From Mobula hypostoma (Eukaryota): DNA of 64,000 bases. The stretch covers positions 182,406,001 through 182,470,000 of the forward strand of contig NC_086097.1 in NCBI RefSeq assembly GCF_963921235.1, written 5' to 3'. A program made the position numbers and the translations under genes. Shown in pieces: positions 60,967 to 64,000 of the stretch. The notes under the pieces are model-generated. The model worked only from the letters and a program-made list of their open reading frames with translations. It did no database searches and was not told the DNA's origin. Position 1 is the stretch's first letter. The number at the start of each line of letters is the position of its first letter.

Positions 60967-62179
60967 CTGTGAACACACACATGGCTTAAAACAGGTCCTC
61001 ACCTTCCATCCTCAGCCCCTTGCTGCATGAGACCCCTCACACTGCTGACCTGGTCCGTCCGGGGACCTGTAGCCACACACAAGAAGTAAAACAGGTCCTT
61101 TCCCCCCGTTCCCACCCCCACACCCCTGACTCTGCCCCAGCAGGCCCCAGAGCGTGGATGGGTGGGAGAAATGGAGGCATTCTGAGAACAGGAGGGGGGC
61201 ATGGGTCAGTGTTCCCACACAGTATCCACGTCGGTTCTCCCTGTCACTGTGCCTGTACAGGGCAGTAGGGAGAGGATTGAGGATGGTTCCGGGGGCGGGG
61301 GTGGGTGGTAGTGTGTGAGGCTCAGTGTGACGTTTCTGAGGGGGAGAATGGGAAACATGGATGAGGCAGATTTACAGGATGAGAAAAGTGGCTTCTCATC
61401 TGGGGAGAGGAATGACAGATATGACCTGTGGATCTCAAGGTTCTCCCCGCGCCGCCCCCTCCCCCACCCCTGACACTGTCTGACCCTCTGAGCTCCAGCA
61501 GGTGGCGCCTCTACAGCTACTGGATCTGCACTGGGGCCAGGGGTCTTTTTCCTCCTCTCCAAGGGTGGTCCCTCTGGAATTCTGTGGGGCTGTGGGGATC
61601 CATGGATGCCAATGGACTAGTGAGGTGGGGGGGGGAGGTGTGGAGCAGAGAAGGAATGGAACTGAGACTGAAGTCAGAGCAACCATCGTCTCCTCAGCAC
61701 ACAGTAGTTAGAGGGGGTGAGCGACTCCTTCCTGTTGCCTGTTCACTCTCTCCAAACCAGGGGTCACCCTCTTCTCCATCCCTCTCCAGGAGTGAACCCC
61801 ACTCTCCCAGGAGACACCTCCTTCCTCCTCTCCCTCCCAGGAGTCACCCTTCTCTCCCTACTGAGTGTCACCCCTGCTAACCTTCCCAGAAATGATTATC
61901 TTCCCTCCCAAAGGTCAGTCCCATCCTTGCCAGCAGTGATGACCCCCTCTCTCCCTCCCTCCTACCTCCGCAGGTCTGACCCTTTTCCTTCCTCCCAGGG
62001 TTGCCTATCCCACCATCTCTTCCCTCCATCCAGAGGAGTGATTCTCCCTTTCAGGGGTCATTCCTTCCCTCCATTCCTCCCCAGGAGGGACCACCCCGCT
62101 CTCCCAGGCATCATTCCACCCTGCTACCTTGGTATATTGTGTGTAGAGGCTGGAAGGGAGGATAGGCAGTGGGAGGTGC

Positions 62180-64000
62180 GTAACTGCAATCAGTTGGCTG
62201 GGTTGGAGTGCGTCTATTTTAATACAAGAAGTATCAGGAACAAGGGCAATGAACTTAGAGCATGGATTCAGTACATGGAACTACGCTGCTGTGACTATTA
62301 CAGAGCCTTGGCTGTTATAAGGGCAGGAATGGCTGCTGGATGTTCTGGGGTTTGGAAGTTTCAAAAGAGACAAGGAAAGAGGTGAAAGAGGCTGGGAAAC
62401 GGCATTGCTTATCAGGTGTAGAAAGGGAAGATGTCCTGGAGGGATTATCTTCTTTGTCAGTGTGGGTGGAAGTCAGTAAAAGGAAGGGAGCAATCACTCT
62501 ACTGCCAGCATTCTATCGATAAAGACAGATTTTTGAAATATACAGAAATAACAGAGTCGTTTCCATGGGTGACTTCAGCTTCCCTGATATTAATTGCCCC
62601 TCCTTAGTGCAAAAATGGCACAGAATATGTTAGGTGCGTCCAGGAGGAATTCATACATAATATGCAGATGGGCTGATTGAAGGAGAGGCTATACTGGATC
62701 TAGTACTAGGCAATGAACCTGCTCCGATGTCAGATATCTCAGTGTGTCAGCATTTTGGAAACAGTGACCACAACTTCCTGACCTTTGTCATACCCTTGGA
62801 CAGAGACAGGAGCTGATGGTATGAGAAAGTATTTAATTGGGGAAGGGTATAATAGAATTATCATTCCGTTAGGTAGGAACTTAGGAGTGTAACTGCTCTA
62901 GCAGGTTTGACTTAGTTCAACTTTAAACTAAAGTTGGCAAGGGGTTGGGAACTGGAGCGATAGGGCTGAGGAGGGGCAGTTGATAAACAAGTCAATGCAG
63001 TGTGTAGTGAGACTGTGAGGAAGGACAGGGCAAAATTGCAGTCACTGGGATGAGTTGCAGTGTAACATGGGGGCAAAATCGAAAAGGGTGATAAATGTAG
63101 GTGTTATATTTAAATGCACGCAGTTTACAAAATAAGATAGATGTTCTTGCAGCACAGTTAAAGATTGACAGGTATGATGTTGTTGGCATCACTGAGATGT
63201 AGCTGAAAGAAGATCATAGTTGAGAGCTTAACATCCAAGGATACACCCCTTGTATCAAAAGGCAGGTAGGTAGGCAGAGGGGGTGGTGTGGCTATGTTGG
63301 TAAAAAATAAATCAAATCCTGAGAAAGGGGTGACATAGGATCGGAAGGTGTAGAATCTTTGTGGATAGAGTTAAGAAACTGCAAGGGTAAAAAGATCCAG
63401 ATGGGAGTTATATACAGGTCCCCGAACAGTAGCCAGGATGCGGGATATAAATTTCAACAGGAAATAGAAAAGGCAGGTAATAACGGCAATGTTATGATAA
63501 TCATGGGGGATTTCAATATGCAAATAGATTGGAAAAATCAGGTTGGTACTGGATCCCAAGAGATGGAATTTGTAGAATACCTACGAGATGGCTTTTTAAA
63601 GCAGCTTGTGGTTGAGCCCATTTGGGAAAAGGCAATACTGGATTGGATTTGATTAGAGATCTTAAGGTAGGAGAACCCTTGGGAGACAGTGATCATAATG
63701 ATATAATTCACCCAGCAGTTTGACAGGGAGAAGATAAAGTCAGATGTATCAGTATTACAGTGGAGTAACAGGAATTGCAGAGGTGTGAGTGAGTAGCTGG
63801 CCAAGGCTGATTCGAAGGGGATGACAGCAGAACCACAAAGGCTGGAATTTCTGGGGGCAATTCAGAAGGTGCAAGATACATCCCAAAGATGAAAAAGTAT
63901 TCTGAAGGGAGGATAAGGCAACAGTGGCTGACAAGGGAAGTCAATGACAGCATAAAAGCACAAGAGAGGGCATATAATATAGCAAAAATTAGTTGGAAAT
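62180..64000 (+). mobile_element. two CR1 fragments containing the APE endonuclease region
   Basis: LECVYFNTRSIRNKGNELRAW and WIELRNCKGKKIQMGVIYRSPNS...IIMGDFNMQIDW. Confidence 0.88.

Overview
Repeat-dense vertebrate genomic DNA. The mix of CR1, Rex1/Babar, Penelope-like and HE1/V-SINE-like repeats suggests a cartilaginous fish, probably a ray (inference). Two spliced protein-coding genes lie in tandem on the minus strand. (1) The last 13 coding exons of an IQCA1/DRC11-family AAA+ gene run from 60966 to 36249; it is probably the IQCA1L paralog by synteny, and its 5' exons were not found in the window. (2) A complete ASB10-like ankyrin/SOCS-box gene has two alternative first coding exons (30366 or 29419 down to 16578). 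All exon phases and GT-AG boundaries were checked by hand and join in frame. The rest is decayed non-LTR retrotransposons (CR1, Rex1/Babar, L1, RTE-derived), SINEs, minisatellites and about a dozen Penelope-like pieces carrying minimal hammerhead-ribozyme motifs. The most unusual signals are: ~130-150 bp hammerhead-bounded, partly TSD-flanked and partly fold-back Penelope derivatives; a Bov-A-like RTE/BovB derivative; a CAG-TAG tandem acceptor that would put an in-frame stop into the IQCA1-like gene; and a young 8x61 bp array at a TE-TE junction. No prokaryotic-type system such as CRISPR is present. Gene and repeat family names come from recalled sequences, not database searches.
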